DNA of 64,000 nt from an uncultured Flavobacteriaceae bacterium (GCA_964504555.1 CAZDFA010000001.1:32440-96439); one strand, 5' to 3'. Positions 17,351-28,113 are shown, counted from the stretch's first letter. Made by a program: numbers and translations. Notes: generated by a model from the sequence alone, not told the origin.

Positions 17351-18271
17351 CTAGTTCTCTTTTTCCAATTCTGGCTGGCCATTCACGTCAAACCCAAAAA
17401 TATCTGGTCGTGCATAATGCCCAATAGGATCAAAGTCCAATTTTGATCGGGTAATCTCCGTTAAATCAAGCTCGGCAGTTATAGCACCAGCTTTATCAAA
17501 TAAAGGTCCAGCAATAATCTTTCCATTAGGTGCGACAACCACGCTCCCGCCACGACACATCATTTCGGGTTCACCTTGAGCCAGTGCCTGATGCTCTTTA
17601 GAATACATAGATTTGGTAAAAAACTGATTACATCCCAAGACATAACAGCGCCCTTCAAGTGCAATATGTTGCATGGTTGCTGTCCAGCTATCTCGAGAAT
17701 CAGCGGTTGGGGCGATATAGAGCTCTACACCTTGTTGATACATAGCCATTCGTGCTAAAGGCATATAATTTTCCCAACAAATGAGTCCGCCCAGTTTGCC
17801 AATTTTTGTATCAAAAGTAACTAAGCCTTCCCCTGCGGCTTCACCCCAAATAATACGCTCAAATCCTGTGGGTTTGATCTTACGATGGACACCTAATAAT
17901 CCCTTTGAAGGAGAAATATAGAGCATGCTGCAGTACAAAGTCCCATTGCCCGATTGCTGCTCGGTTACTCCCAAAACGATATAGGTGTTTTGGTCTTTGG
18001 CCAGCTTTTCAATACGCTGCAAATCGGTATCCAGATTAAAGCTGTTTTCGTAATATTGAGAATAAACATCGCGACCAGCTTCAGTACGACTGCCTACTGT
18101 GGTGCCAAAGATGAATCCGCGCGGATAGCCTGGCACAAAAGACTCAGGAAAAACGATCAATTGGTTGCCGTCTTGGGCATATTTTGAAGTAAGATGTTCT
18201 ACTTTTTGCAGCGTCGATTCTTTGTCAAAAAAGACAGGACTATCTTGAATTAGTGTGACCTTAACCTTCAT
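17351..18271 (-). CDS. Nitrilase (carbon-nitrogen hydrolase family)
   Basis: E-K-C triad: FPES, HRKIKPT, LICWENYMPLAR; DPIGHYARPD. Confidence 0.9.
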   Translation of the reverse strand: MKVKVTLIQDSPVFFDKESTLQKVEHLTSKYAQDGNQLIVFPESFVPGYPRGFIFGTTVGSRTEAGRDVYSQYYENSFNLDTDLQRIEKLAKDQNTYIVLGVTEQQSGNGTLYCSMLYISPSKGLLGVHRKIKPTGFERIIWGEAAGEGLVTFDTKIGKLGGLICWENYMPLARMAMYQQGVELYIAPTADSRDSWTATMQHIALEGRCYVLGCNQFFTKSMYSKEHQALAQGEPEMMCRGGSVVVAPNGKIIAGPLFDKAGAITAELDLTEITRSKLDFDPIGHYARPDIFGFDVNGQPELEKEN

Positions 18272-19163
18272 AGTTTATTGTGCAATTTTTGTTACTAACA
18301 GTTAAATTAATTTCTGCTCCCATCACCAAAGCCCTATTATCATCCAAATGTCCCGCAGGGAAATCAAAAATCACTGGATACTCACATTCTTTAACGGCGT
18401 CCCAAACAATTTCCTGCGCGGTTTTTCCAAAAGGGATTCGGTTGTCATGCATTTTGGTCATACCACCTACGATCAATCCTGCTAAATGATCGAGCATACC
18501 ATTGCGTTTTAGGTTCATGACCATTCTATCAATATGGTAAAGGTATTCATCAAGATCTTCAATAAACAAAATCTTCCCTTCGCTATCTAATGCCGAACTA
18601 CTCCCACAGAGCGAATACAAAATAGATAGATTCCCGCCAACTAATTGTCCACTGCCAGTTCCTTCTCTATTGAGAGGATGGGCATTTTCAAAGGTCATAG
18701 GTTTAGGTACGCCAAAGAGGGCGGTGCCTAAGGATTTTTTTGCGTAAGCGGTATTGTCTGGAACGCTAATTGGCATAGTGGCATGAATGGTTTGAAAACC
18801 AATTTTATGTAAATGGCTATGCAGCACCGTTACATCAGAATAACCCACGATCCATTTAGGGTATTTCACAAACTTGTAAAAATCTAGTTGATCGACAATT
18901 CGCACGGTGCCATAACCGCCACGTGCACACCAGATGGCTTTGATATCTGGATTATTTAAAGCGGCTTGAAAATCGGCAGAGCGCTGGGCATCGTCCCCAG
19001 CATATTGATTGTCTTGTAGACCAATAGTTTTACCTATTACAGGAACAAGCCCCCAAGTTTTTAGCAGGGCTAGCCCTTCTTGCAGTTCATCTAAATCTAT
19101 TTTACGAGCAGTTGCAACAATAGCAACCTGATTTCCTTTTTTTAGATAGGGAGGTGTTATCAA
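18261..19163 (-). CDS. LD-carboxypeptidase (peptidase S66)
   Basis: RGGYG, GYSD, GGNLS, LFIED, GH motifs. Confidence 0.92.
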   Translation of the reverse strand: MITPPYLKKGNQVAIVATARKIDLDELQEGLALLKTWGLVPVIGKTIGLQDNQYAGDDAQRSADFQAALNNPDIKAIWCARGGYGTVRIVDQLDFYKFVKYPKWIVGYSDVTVLHSHLHKIGFQTIHATMPISVPDNTAYAKKSLGTALFGVPKPMTFENAHPLNREGTGSGQLVGGNLSILYSLCGSSSALDSEGKILFIEDLDEYLYHIDRMVMNLKRNGMLDHLAGLIVGGMTKMHDNRIPFGKTAQEIVWDAVKECEYPVIFDFPAGHLDDNRALVMGAEINLTVSNKNCTINYEG

Positions 19164-19372
19164 GACTTATCGTATAAATATGAACAAGGTACTATATTTT
19201 GAGAAATCGAATCCAGTCGAAATCCAAAAACGGTTCCAATGGTACAGATCTTGGTGCGCATTCCCCTCACACGAATACTGATTATAATCAGTATTGAACC
19301 TCTCTCCAGGCAGAGGTTTATATGGCATTTCTCATACTTAGTTGGCGCATACAATTCTTTAGATTAAAGCCC

Positions 19373-19380
19373 TATTTTTG
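19373..19380 (+). promoter_or_regulatory. -7 element TATTTTTG for metG
   Basis: TAnnTTTG upstream of ATG 19398. Confidence 0.55.
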
Positions 19381-19397
19381 TGCCTTATAAAAACACC

Positions 19398-21497
19398 ATG
19401 GCACAACGCTTTACTATAACTGCTGCATTACCGTATACCAATGGCCCTATTCATATTGGTCATTTGGCTGGAGTCTATATTCCAGCTGATATTTATGCTC
19501 GGTACTTAAGAATGCGTGGCCATGATGTTTTATTTGTTTGTGGTAGTGATGAACATGGGGTGCCTATTACGCTTAAAGCGAAAAAAGAAGGAGTCACACC
19601 CCAAGATATTGTAGATAAGTATGATGCAATTATCAGAAAATCGTTCCAGGATTTTGGGATCACCTTTGATAATTATTCGCGCACTTCAGCAAAGATCCAT
19701 CATGAAACAGCTAGGGATTTCTTCAAAACAATGCATGAAAAAGAGAAGTTTGTTGAGGAAACCAAAGCACAGTTATATGATGCCGAAGCAAATCAGTTTC
19801 TAGCTGATCGTTTTGTAACAGGAACCTGTCCAAAATGCGGATTTGAAGAGGCTTATGGGGATCAATGCGAAAATTGTGGAACATCGCATAATGCTACTGA
19901 CCTAATCAATCCTAAAAGTGCAATTTCTGGAGCGAAACCAACACTAAAAGAAACCAAACACTGGTTCTTACCATTAGATCAGTATGATGCCTTTTTTAAG
20001 CAATGGATACTAAAGGACCACAAACGAGATTGGAAAACCAATGTCTATGGGCAGTGCAAATCTTGGATAGATGATGGCCTGAGACCACGTGCCGTTACCC
20101 GTGATCTGGATTGGGGAATTCCAGTTCCTGTTAAAGACGCCAAAGGCAAAGTACTTTATGTATGGTTTGATGCGCCTATTGGCTATATCTCGGCAACCAA
20201 AGAATGGGCAGAAAGAGAAGGACAAGACTGGGGACCGTATTGGAAAGATCAAGACACCAAACTCGTTCATTTTATAGGCAAGGATAACATTGTTTTTCAT
20301 TGTATTATTTTCCCAGCGATGCTTAAGGCACACGGTGACTATATCCTGCCAGATAATGTACCAGCTAATGAGTTTCTCAACCTAGAAGGACGCAAATTAT
20401 CTACTTCCAAAAATTGGGCAGTCTGGTTACATGAATACTTAGAAGATTTTCCGGAGCAACGAGATGTATTACGATATGTTCTAACTGCCAATGCTCCAGA
20501 AGGCAAAGACAATGATTTTACTTGGAAGGATTTTCAACAACGCAATAACAGTGAGTTAGTTGCCATTTTCGGAAATTTTATCAATCGCGTGGCGGTACTT
20601 ACGCATAAATATTACAATGGTGTTGTTCCTCAGGCTACTGAATTAAAAGAAGTAGACCGAAAGGCACTCTTAGAAATGGCCGCATACCCTGCGGTAATTG
20701 GTGATGCTATTGAACGCTACCGTTTTCGCGAAGCTCAAAATATCTTGATGAATCTAGCTAGGCTGGGTAATAAATACCTAGCCGATGAAGAGCCTTGGAA
20801 AACCATCAAAACCGATGAAGAGCGTACTAAATCTATAATGTATGTCGCATTACAAATAGCAGCAGCTTTAGCGGTTTTAAGCGAACCATTTTTACCGCAT
20901 ACAAGCAAAAAACTTAAAGGCATTCTGAATTTTGAAGGACTAATTCATGTTAGTTGGGATGATCTTGCTTCTCATATAGGAGAGTTGTCCACTAAAGGCA
21001 GGCAGAACGGGCTTTTGCCAGTCAATCACTCCATCAACAAATCAGAACTCCTATTCTCTAAAATAGAAGACGATACTATTCAAAAACAATTGGATAAATT
21101 GGAAGCAAATAAAAAGGCAAATGAGGCAGCTACAGAAACTGTAGAGGCTCAAAAAGCGGAAATTAACTTTGAAGATTTTACCAAACTTGATATGCGCGTT
21201 GGCACCATTCTGGAAGCAGAAAAAATGCCAAAGACCAAAAAACTAATGGTTCTCAAAGTTGATACAGGCATTGATACCCGTACCATAGTATCTGGAATTG
21301 CCGAAAGTTTTACCGCCGAGGAGATTATTGGGAAACAAGTGACTGTTTTGGTCAATCTAGCTCCTCGAAAATTGCGAGGGGTTGAAAGTCAAGGCATGAT
21401 CCTAATGACAGAAAATAGTGAAGGCAAATTGGTATTTGTAAACCCTGATATATCAAAGGATGGCAATGGGGTAAGCAATGGTTTTACTATTAATTAA
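19398..21497 (+). CDS. metG: Methionine--tRNA ligase with C-terminal tRNA-binding domain
   Basis: [11 protein letters not shown], Zn knuckle [29 protein letters not shown]; start placed at ATG 19398. Confidence 0.98.
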   Translation: MAQRFTITAALPYTNGPIHIGHLAGVYIPADIYARYLRMRGHDVLFVCGSDEHGVPITLKAKKEGVTPQDIVDKYDAIIRKSFQDFGITFDNYSRTSAKIHHETARDFFKTMHEKEKFVEETKAQLYDAEANQFLADRFVTGTCPKCGFEEAYGDQCENCGTSHNATDLINPKSAISGAKPTLKETKHWFLPLDQYDAFFKQWILKDHKRDWKTNVYGQCKSWIDDGLRPRAVTRDLDWGIPVPVKDAKGKVLYVWFDAPIGYISATKEWAEREGQDWGPYWKDQDTKLVHFIGKDNIVFHCIIFPAMLKAHGDYILPDNVPANEFLNLEGRKLSTSKNWAVWLHEYLEDFPEQRDVLRYVLTANAPEGKDNDFTWKDFQQRNNSELVAIFGNFINRVAVLTHKYYNGVVPQATELKEVDRKALLEMAAYPAVIGDAIERYRFREAQNILMNLARLGNKYLADEEPWKTIKTDEERTKSIMYVALQIAAALAVLSEPFLPHTSKKLKGILNFEGLIHVSWDDLASHIGELSTKGRQNGLLPVNHSINKSELLFSKIEDDTIQKQLDKLEANKKANEAATETVEAQKAEINFEDFTKLDMRVGTILEAEKMPKTKKLMVLKVDTGIDTRTIVSGIAESFTAEEIIGKQVTVLVNLAPRKLRGVESQGMILMTENSEGKLVFVNPDISKDGNGVSNGFTIN

Positions 21498-21562
21498 TAT
21501 TTCTAAATATATATTAATCAAATAAGTGATTAATCCTTAATTTTTAATGAGGCAGTTTAATA

Positions 21563-22465
21563 ATGCTCCACATTGCGCATCATCCCATTTACAAACATTC
21601 TTTGCCCTTAGGTCATCGTTTCCCGATGGGCAAGTATGAGTTATTACCTGAGCAATTACTATTAGAAGGCACATGTACTTCTTCCAATTTTTTTAAGCCT
21701 GATGTCGTACAGGATAAACACGTTTTAATGTGTCATACCCAAACCTACTTGGATGATCTTAAAAAAGGCACGCTAGATCCTAGAGCTGCTCGGAAACTAG
21801 GATTCCCAATGTCTGAAACACTAGTTCTACGTGAACTTATAATCACAGATGGCACTATAAAGTGCTGTGACTACGCTCTAGAAAATGGTATTGCTATGAA
21901 CATTGCTGGTGGCACGCACCATGCGTATACTGATCACGGCGAAGCTTTTTGTCTTTTAAATGATCAAGCAATAGCAGCGCGTTATTTGCTTGATAATACC
22001 GCAATCAAAAAAATCCTGATTGTCGATCTAGATGTTCATCAAGGCAATGGCACGGCAGAAATCTTTCAGAATGAAGATCGTGTGTTTACCTTCTCTATGC
22101 ATGGCAAAGCCAACTATCCTTTTAAAAAAGAACAATCTGATCTCGACATTGCCCTTGAAACAGGAACCAACGATGCTACCTTTCTCAAAACACTAAAAGA
22201 AATCTTACCAAGGTTGATTGATGAACAGCTACCCGATTTTATCTTTTATCTCAGTGGTGTTGACATTTTAGCAAGTGACAAACTTGGAAAATTGGGCTGT
22301 AGCCTTGAAGGATGCAAGGAACGTGATCGTTATGTTTTACAAAGCTGCAAAGACCATAAAATTCCTGTTCAATGTAGTATGGGTGGCGGTTATTCTCCGG
22401 AGATTAAAACGATAATAGAAGCTCATGCCAATACATTTAGATTGGCTCAAGAGATATACTTTTAA
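21563..22465 (+). CDS. Histone deacetylase family protein
   Basis: HRFPMGKY, GGTHHA, FCLLND, DLDVHQGNG, MGGGY. Confidence 0.93.
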   Translation: MLHIAHHPIYKHSLPLGHRFPMGKYELLPEQLLLEGTCTSSNFFKPDVVQDKHVLMCHTQTYLDDLKKGTLDPRAARKLGFPMSETLVLRELIITDGTIKCCDYALENGIAMNIAGGTHHAYTDHGEAFCLLNDQAIAARYLLDNTAIKKILIVDLDVHQGNGTAEIFQNEDRVFTFSMHGKANYPFKKEQSDLDIALETGTNDATFLKTLKEILPRLIDEQLPDFIFYLSGVDILASDKLGKLGCSLEGCKERDRYVLQSCKDHKIPVQCSMGGGYSPEIKTIIEAHANTFRLAQEIYF

Positions 22466-22528
22466 TCCCCTCCATCATTGCATGTCCATAGACGACTCCC
22501 CCTCGTGTAAGAGGTGTGTTTAAAGCAT

Positions 22529-22536
22529 TAAATTTG
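22529..22536 (+). promoter_or_regulatory. -7 element TAAATTTG, 4 nt before the GTG start
   Basis: Exact TAnnTTTG match. Confidence 0.5.
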
Positions 22537-22540
22537 CCAG

Positions 22541-23692
22541 GTGAAAAAGGCCTATGATTATATTATTCTAGGAGCTGGCTTATCGGGATTGATGATGCTT
22601 TTACGCATGTTGGATGATCCTTTTTTTAAAAATAAACAACTCCTGCTTATTGACGAAAATTTAGACAAGGGTAATGATCGTACGTGGAGTTTTTGGCAAA
22701 AAGAACCTTCTTTTTTAGATCATTTGATATCCAAAACTTGGTCAGCCATCCAGGTGGCCGACAACAACTGGCAACAAGATATTCCCATATCACCTTATCA
22801 ATATGCTACTATAGAAGGAAGTGATTTTTATTCGTATGCTTTCGCAAAAATAAAAGATGTCACTAACCTAACTACACTTGAAGTAACAGTAGTTACTATT
22901 GAAGAACAAGACGCAGCTGTCTTTGTTACTACCGATGATGGAAAGATCCATCAAGGTAAGTATGTACTCAACAGTCTTTTCAAGCCCGAAATCCTAGAAA
23001 AACAAGATCGCTATGCTGTCTTGCAACAGCATTTTGTGGGATGGTTTATTCAAACAGAGGAGCCTGTTTTTGACACTGAAGTCGCTACTTTTATGGATTT
23101 TAGCATTCCTCAGCGTGGAAATTGTCGATTTATGTATGTGCTTCCCTTTTCTCCAACCGAAGCCCTTTTTGAATACACACTCTTCTCTGAAAAACTCCTC
23201 CCAGAAGCAGAATATGAAGTGGCTCTTACAGATTATTTGAACAACAAAAGTATATCGCAATATAACATTAAAAGAAAAGAAAAAGGAAGCATTCCTATGA
23301 GCTGTTACCCGTTTGAGCAGCACAATACTGCCAGAATTATACATATTGGAACAGCTGGTGGCTGGACACGCCCTAGCACGGGCTATACTTTTCAATACAC
23401 CTTAAAAAAATCAGCGGCGTTGCTCCAGTATTTGAAAAAAGGTAAAGACCTAAAGCATTTTTCAAAACGAACGCGCTCCTGGTATTTTGATTTAATATTA
23501 CTTGACATATTAAAGCGGCGAAATGATTTAGGAGGTGAAATTTTTGTCAAGCTTTTTCAGCGTAACCCTTTAGATAGGCTGTTTAGATTTCTAGATGGCG
23601 AGACATCACTCTGGGAAGAATTTCGCCTTGTGCTTACACCGCCACCAAAGGAGTTTATTCGTTCCTTAATAAGGAAACTGATGGGGAAATAA
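22541..23692 (+). CDS. Lycopene cyclase family FAD-dependent protein
   Basis: IILGAGLSG, NDRTWSFW, FMDF, FMYVLP, E.GSIPM, IGTAGGWTRPSTGYTF. Confidence 0.85.
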   Translation: MKKAYDYIILGAGLSGLMMLLRMLDDPFFKNKQLLLIDENLDKGNDRTWSFWQKEPSFLDHLISKTWSAIQVADNNWQQDIPISPYQYATIEGSDFYSYAFAKIKDVTNLTTLEVTVVTIEEQDAAVFVTTDDGKIHQGKYVLNSLFKPEILEKQDRYAVLQQHFVGWFIQTEEPVFDTEVATFMDFSIPQRGNCRFMYVLPFSPTEALFEYTLFSEKLLPEAEYEVALTDYLNNKSISQYNIKRKEKGSIPMSCYPFEQHNTARIIHIGTAGGWTRPSTGYTFQYTLKKSAALLQYLKKGKDLKHFSKRTRSWYFDLILLDILKRRNDLGGEIFVKLFQRNPLDRLFRFLDGETSLWEEFRLVLTPPPKEFIRSLIRKLMGK

Positions 23693-23704
23693 ATCCGACA
23701 TCAT

Positions 23705-25870
23705 TTATTTCAGATTTGTAATCTTAGATTTAAGTGTAACTATATAAGAATGATTCTTATCCAAGAATCCTTCAGCAATCTTTAATGCTCTGGAATACTT
23801 TTCTGTAGATTGGAAAATTTCATTTGGCTTCTTGAGTAAAAGATCAGCTTCTAATTCTAAAATGTATGCCTCATAGATTGTAGTAATATCTTTAAAAGTA
23901 TTCTCGTGTGCATTCGCAGCCTTGCGTAAAAATTCTTCGGTTCGTCCAAATTCTTTTTGATCAAATTTTGATTTTGCAATGTTTAAATAAGTAATCAATT
24001 GATTAACATTTTTTTCCTCTCCATAAACAGAATCCAATTGATTAATAGCTTTTAAAAATAGAGAATCAGCCTTTCTGTATTCTTTTAGGTATAGTCGATT
24101 TAGTCCTAATCCATTGTAAGCTATGGCGATTTTGGGAGAAGAAGAAATCTTATATTTTTTGTGGGTATGAAGTGTAATAGTAAATAGAGAATCTGAAAGT
24201 GTATTATTATATGCAATATTTAAAGTAGCAAGATTATTATGAAGTAAAGTTAAACTAGGAGTAACAAGGTCATTGTCATTAAGAAAAGCCAAAGCCTCTA
24301 TCGTGATATTCTCCTTATTTTGAATTATTTCGAGCTCATCATTTATCTGAGCAATGTTTAACGTTAGAAGTATACGATTAATTTTATCAGTATTTTCATA
24401 ATAGGATAGCGCACTCTTATAATTTGTTTTTGCATTTTTATAATTACCTAAAACAAAATAATATTGTGCCTTAATTTTACCTAAAGAGGCAGTATGCCGA
24501 TCTACATTCTTTGTATTCTCAACAAGTTTCGTTGCAAGAGAAATATTTTTTTGAAAGTTTCGATAATCGGAATTTTTGAGTTGTAATCTTAAAAGTGGCA
24601 AATATGCTGAAAATTCATTATCCGTATTTTGCTGTTTAACATAGCAATCACAAGTTTTACGAGCAAATGGCAATGCTTCATCACTATTAGTCTTCTCCAA
24701 GAATAATGTTTTGTAAAACAAATAATTGCAACCTTCTAAACCAACAAGATTTTCATATTGTTCTAAATATCTTTGAGCATTATTTAAACTGTCTGTTGTC
24801 AAATAAGACTGTATTAATCGTACATAGTTGTTTTTATATTTTTCCTGATTATTAATGCTATCGCGTGATAGTATTTTTAATGAAGATTTATTCAGAGATA
24901 TGGCGTCATTGTAAAAACCACGATTATAATAATTTCTAGAAGCATTTTCTACGATTGAATAGTAATCTAAGTCAACTGTATCCTTAACCTCTTTATAATT
25001 CGCTAGTAAATAAGAGAGCTCATTATCGTAACTATCATAATTTTCAAGCTTATCATAAGAGAGAAGTAAATTGTACTTATTCCAGTAAATAGTCTTTTTA
25101 ATGCTCTTTGGATATTTTGGCTTATGTTCTTTATGTTTGAGAATACTATCAGCAAGAATATAATAGTGTAAAGCATTATTAAAATCACCCTTATCATAAA
25201 GAAAGTGCCCATTTTCTAAATAGGCTTGTCCTAAATATTCATAAACCCCTGCAAAATCTTGATAACTAAGTGTGTCATAATTTTTCCATTGTTTTCCGTA
25301 TGCAATAGCCCGCTGAGCTGCTAGTGCTGCTTGATCATATTTCTGTTGATCCATCATAGTATCATAATAGCTAATTTCTTTAAACATGGATACGTTCTTG
25401 GCTATTGTCCAATCTGGATTAATTAATTGGATTAGGATATTTCTATACAAAGTATTAGTCCGAATACTAGAAAAAGTAAAAAATGAAGTGACGATACCAA
25501 TAATTAGAGAACGAAGTAATAGTAACCTATATCCCTTTGCCATCTTATTATTTTTGTAAAACCATAATAGTACAAGACAGAAAAGGAATACTAGGTTTTG
25601 TATGACCAGAATTTTTCGAATATTAGATATTGATAAGTAGTAGAAAAAAAATAATGTAAATAAGGAAAGGCTAAAAATGACACCCGATCCTATTGCCAAC
25701 CCTTTCTTGATTTCAGGATAACTGAACAGGTAAAATCCTCCAAAAAAGTATAAAATACAAAGTAGAAGAATACTGTATAATAGATGTGAAGTAAATAGAT
25801 GTCCAAATATTAGTGCAGCAAAGATTAAAAGCAATACAATCGCTAAAATTATCTTTTCTACAATTTTCAT
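23705..25870 (-). CDS. Membrane-anchored tetratricopeptide-repeat protein
   Basis: About five N-terminal TM helices; TPR motifs such as AIAYNGLGLNRLYLKEYRKADSLFLKAI; visibly AT-rich. Confidence 0.75.
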   Translation of the reverse strand: MKIVEKIILAIVLLLIFAALIFGHLFTSHLLYSILLLCILYFFGGFYLFSYPEIKKGLAIGSGVIFSLSLFTLFFFYYLSISNIRKILVIQNLVFLFCLVLLWFYKNNKMAKGYRLLLLRSLIIGIVTSFFTFSSIRTNTLYRNILIQLINPDWTIAKNVSMFKEISYYDTMMDQQKYDQAALAAQRAIAYGKQWKNYDTLSYQDFAGVYEYLGQAYLENGHFLYDKGDFNNALHYYILADSILKHKEHKPKYPKSIKKTIYWNKYNLLLSYDKLENYDSYDNELSYLLANYKEVKDTVDLDYYSIVENASRNYYNRGFYNDAISLNKSSLKILSRDSINNQEKYKNNYVRLIQSYLTTDSLNNAQRYLEQYENLVGLEGCNYLFYKTLFLEKTNSDEALPFARKTCDCYVKQQNTDNEFSAYLPLLRLQLKNSDYRNFQKNISLATKLVENTKNVDRHTASLGKIKAQYYFVLGNYKNAKTNYKSALSYYENTDKINRILLTLNIAQINDELEIIQNKENITIEALAFLNDNDLVTPSLTLLHNNLATLNIAYNNTLSDSLFTITLHTHKKYKISSSPKIAIAYNGLGLNRLYLKEYRKADSLFLKAINQLDSVYGEEKNVNQLITYLNIAKSKFDQKEFGRTEEFLRKAANAHENTFKDITTIYEAYILELEADLLLKKPNEIFQSTEKYSRALKIAEGFLDKNHSYIVTLKSKITNLK

Positions 25871-25931
25871 CTATTAACCCCTTAGTTATAGCTTTACAAT
25901 ATTTCTAAGCTAATTTATTACCCTAAGTTAG

Positions 25932-26681
25932 TCAAATCCCCCTTTCTTTCTGAATGGTTTCGTAGGCTTCTTGAACGTTTCTAAATTTTTCTTCGGCACC
26001 TTTTCTATAGGCTTCATCCATATGTTGTAGTTTATCTGGATGGTATTTCTTAGCCATGGTGCGGAATGCTTTTTTTACTTCGGCATCTGTAGCCGTTTTT
26101 TCAATTTCCAAAATTTTATAGGCACTATCTGCCTTTTTGATAAACATGGCCTTGATACTCTCAAAATCATGTCTGTTCAATCTAAAATAACCAGCAATCT
26201 GAGAAAGTACGTGTACTTCAGATTCGCTTACTCGCCCATCAGACTGTGCAATGCCAAATAAGAAATGTAAAATTTGCAAGCGTACCTCGTAGCGCGTTCT
26301 TGTATTGAGGTATTGACAAATACGTGCAGCCGATACTTCATGCTTTTTTACAACATCATTAAAAGTTCTAAAGGTCGCATTGGCTCGCTCTTTACCATAA
26401 GCACGCACAAAATATTGGCGCGCATAATCCAATTCAGACTGACTCACGTGACCATCTGCTTTGATAACAATAGATGCTAGTGAAAGTAAATTCAATTCAA
26501 AATCCCCTGGAGAAACCGTTTGTCTTGACGCATTTTCAAAAATAGTTTTAAAGCCACCTGAGTTTCCCTTTCTTGAAGCAAATAGATTATCAATAACACT
26601 ACCAATGCCATAGCCAATAAGGGCTCCAAAAAACCCTCTTCCAGAGAACCATCCCAATAAAGCTCCTACCCATTTAATCAT
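25932..26681 (-). CDS. DjlA-like protein (TerB domain plus J-domain)
   Basis: N-terminal TM, VIKADGHVSQSE, J-domain AYKILEI...KKYHPD. Confidence 0.9.
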   Translation of the reverse strand: MIKWVGALLGWFSGRGFFGALIGYGIGSVIDNLFASRKGNSGGFKTIFENASRQTVSPGDFELNLLSLASIVIKADGHVSQSELDYARQYFVRAYGKERANATFRTFNDVVKKHEVSAARICQYLNTRTRYEVRLQILHFLFGIAQSDGRVSESEVHVLSQIAGYFRLNRHDFESIKAMFIKKADSAYKILEIEKTATDAEVKKAFRTMAKKYHPDKLQHMDEAYRKGAEEKFRNVQEAYETIQKERGI

Positions 26682-26704
26682 AGTTCATCACACATTTTGA
26701 GTTG

Positions 26705-26831
26705 CAAAAGTACATGCTTTTGTGCATTTAGATTGGTCTTTTAGTTGGTTGTGTTGTTACGTTAAAGTAATGTTGCAGTTACTGTCATTGTGTCTTTAAA
26801 CGCAGTTTGGCTTTAGTTTTGATTATCTTTG
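26705..26831. promoter_or_regulatory. Divergent -7 elements: TACTTTTG (minus, 26712-26705) and TATCTTTG (plus, 26824-26831)
   Basis: Exact TAnnTTTG matches upstream of both divergent genes. Confidence 0.55.
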
Positions 26832-26852
26832 TAACGTAATAAAATTGAAAAT

Positions 26853-27263
26853 ATGTATCCAACAGAATTAGTAAAACCCATGCGGGATGAGCTTACACAA
26901 GTAGGCTTTACCGAATTACAAACTACTCAAGATGTTGAAGCAGCAATGAAGAAAGAGGGAACATCTTTGGTTGTAGTTAATTCCGTTTGTGGTTGTGCAG
27001 CACGTAATGCACGCCCTGGCGTAATTCACTCTATTCAAGGCGATAAGAAACCAGATAATATGTACACTGTTTTTGCAGGTTTTCACACCGAAGCAACGGA
27101 CCTTGCACGTAGTTTTATGGTGCCCTTTCCTCCATCGTCACCATCTGTGGCACTTTTTAAGGATGGAGAATTAGTCCATATGTTAGAACGCCATCATATT
27201 GAAGGTCGCCCTGCAGAGTTAATTGCCGAAAATCTTTCTGACGCATTTCAGGAGTATTGTTAG
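26853..27263 (+). CDS. BrxA/BrxB family bacilliredoxin
   Basis: VVNSVCGCAA (CGC), PPSSPS.ALFKDG, ERHHIEGR. Confidence 0.92.
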   Translation: MYPTELVKPMRDELTQVGFTELQTTQDVEAAMKKEGTSLVVVNSVCGCAARNARPGVIHSIQGDKKPDNMYTVFAGFHTEATDLARSFMVPFPPSSPSVALFKDGELVHMLERHHIEGRPAELIAENLSDAFQEYC

Positions 27264-27286
27264 ATAGACCAAACAATAATATTTAT

Positions 27287-27310
27287 AAACCGCTTTAAAG
27301 CGGTTTTTTT
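27287..27310 (+). terminator. Intrinsic terminator
   Basis: AAACCGCT-TTAA-AGCGGTTT followed by a T-run. Confidence 0.85.
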
Positions 27311-27360
27311 ATTTTTATGTTTTCCTACCCGTTCTACAGGCGGGCGCGAAAGCCTAATGC

Positions 27361-28113
27361 ATGAAAAAACTTTTTGCCTATCCACTTAGTGTAGTTTATT
27401 ACCTATTCTTCGGTCTTGTTCTAGTAGTTTTTCAACCTATACAATGGTTTTGTTTTCGGTTTTTAGGGTATCAAGCACATAAAAAAAGTGTAGACTATCT
27501 CAATGCCTGCCTCTTGGGATGTTTGGCAATTTTAGGCACCCGCTTCCGTTTTGATAATCCGTATCAAATACCTGCTAATAAGCCATACATAATCGTATCC
27601 AATCATCAAGGACAATACGATATCCCACCCTTAATATGGTATTTAAGACGCTTGCACCCCAAGTTCATTAGTAAAAAATCATTGGGTAAAGGCATACCAA
27701 GTATCTCCTTTAACTTACGTCACGGCGGTTCTGCGTTAATAGATCGTAAAGACAAGATACAGGCTCTTGAAACTATTAAAAACCTGACTTCTTATTTGAA
27801 AAAATACAAACGCTCTGTTGTTATTTTTCCAGAAGGTACTCGTAGTAAAGATGGTATCCCAAAACATTTTGCTAAAGGTGGTCTTACCACCTTGTTTGAA
27901 AATATGTCTGAGGCACAAATCCTTCCAGTAACAATCAACAATTCGTGGAAACTAATGCGCTGGGGAGCTTTCCCTTTGGACATTGGAGTGACCGTTGCAA
28001 TTAAAGTCCATCCTACAATTCCCATTCAGAAGCCAATCGAAGAATGTATTGCTCAAGTGGAAGGTATTGTATTGCAAAATTTTGATAAGATAAACCCTCG
28101 TAAAAGCTCATGA
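27361..28113 (+). CDS. Lysophospholipid acyltransferase (PlsC family)
   Basis: NHQGQYD (HxxxxD), FPEGTRS. Confidence 0.9.
   Translation: MKKLFAYPLSVVYYLFFGLVLVVFQPIQWFCFRFLGYQAHKKSVDYLNACLLGCLAILGTRFRFDNPYQIPANKPYIIVSNHQGQYDIPPLIWYLRRLHPKFISKKSLGKGIPSISFNLRHGGSALIDRKDKIQALETIKNLTSYLKKYKRSVVIFPEGTRSKDGIPKHFAKGGLTTLFENMSEAQILPVTINNSWKLMRWGAFPLDIGVTVAIKVHPTIPIQKPIEECIAQVEGIVLQNFDKINPRKSS

Noticed and set aside
19160-19354. 64-aa minus-strand ORF and a 33-aa plus-strand ORF (19180-19281) in the ldc-metG spacer
   Set aside because: No homology cues; they overlap palindromes and promoter sequence
26766-26783. AGTAA-N8-TTACT inverted repeat between djlA and the bacilliredoxin gene
   Set aside because: Spacer is 8 rather than 6 and the 21-nt geometry is absent; not counted in the regulon
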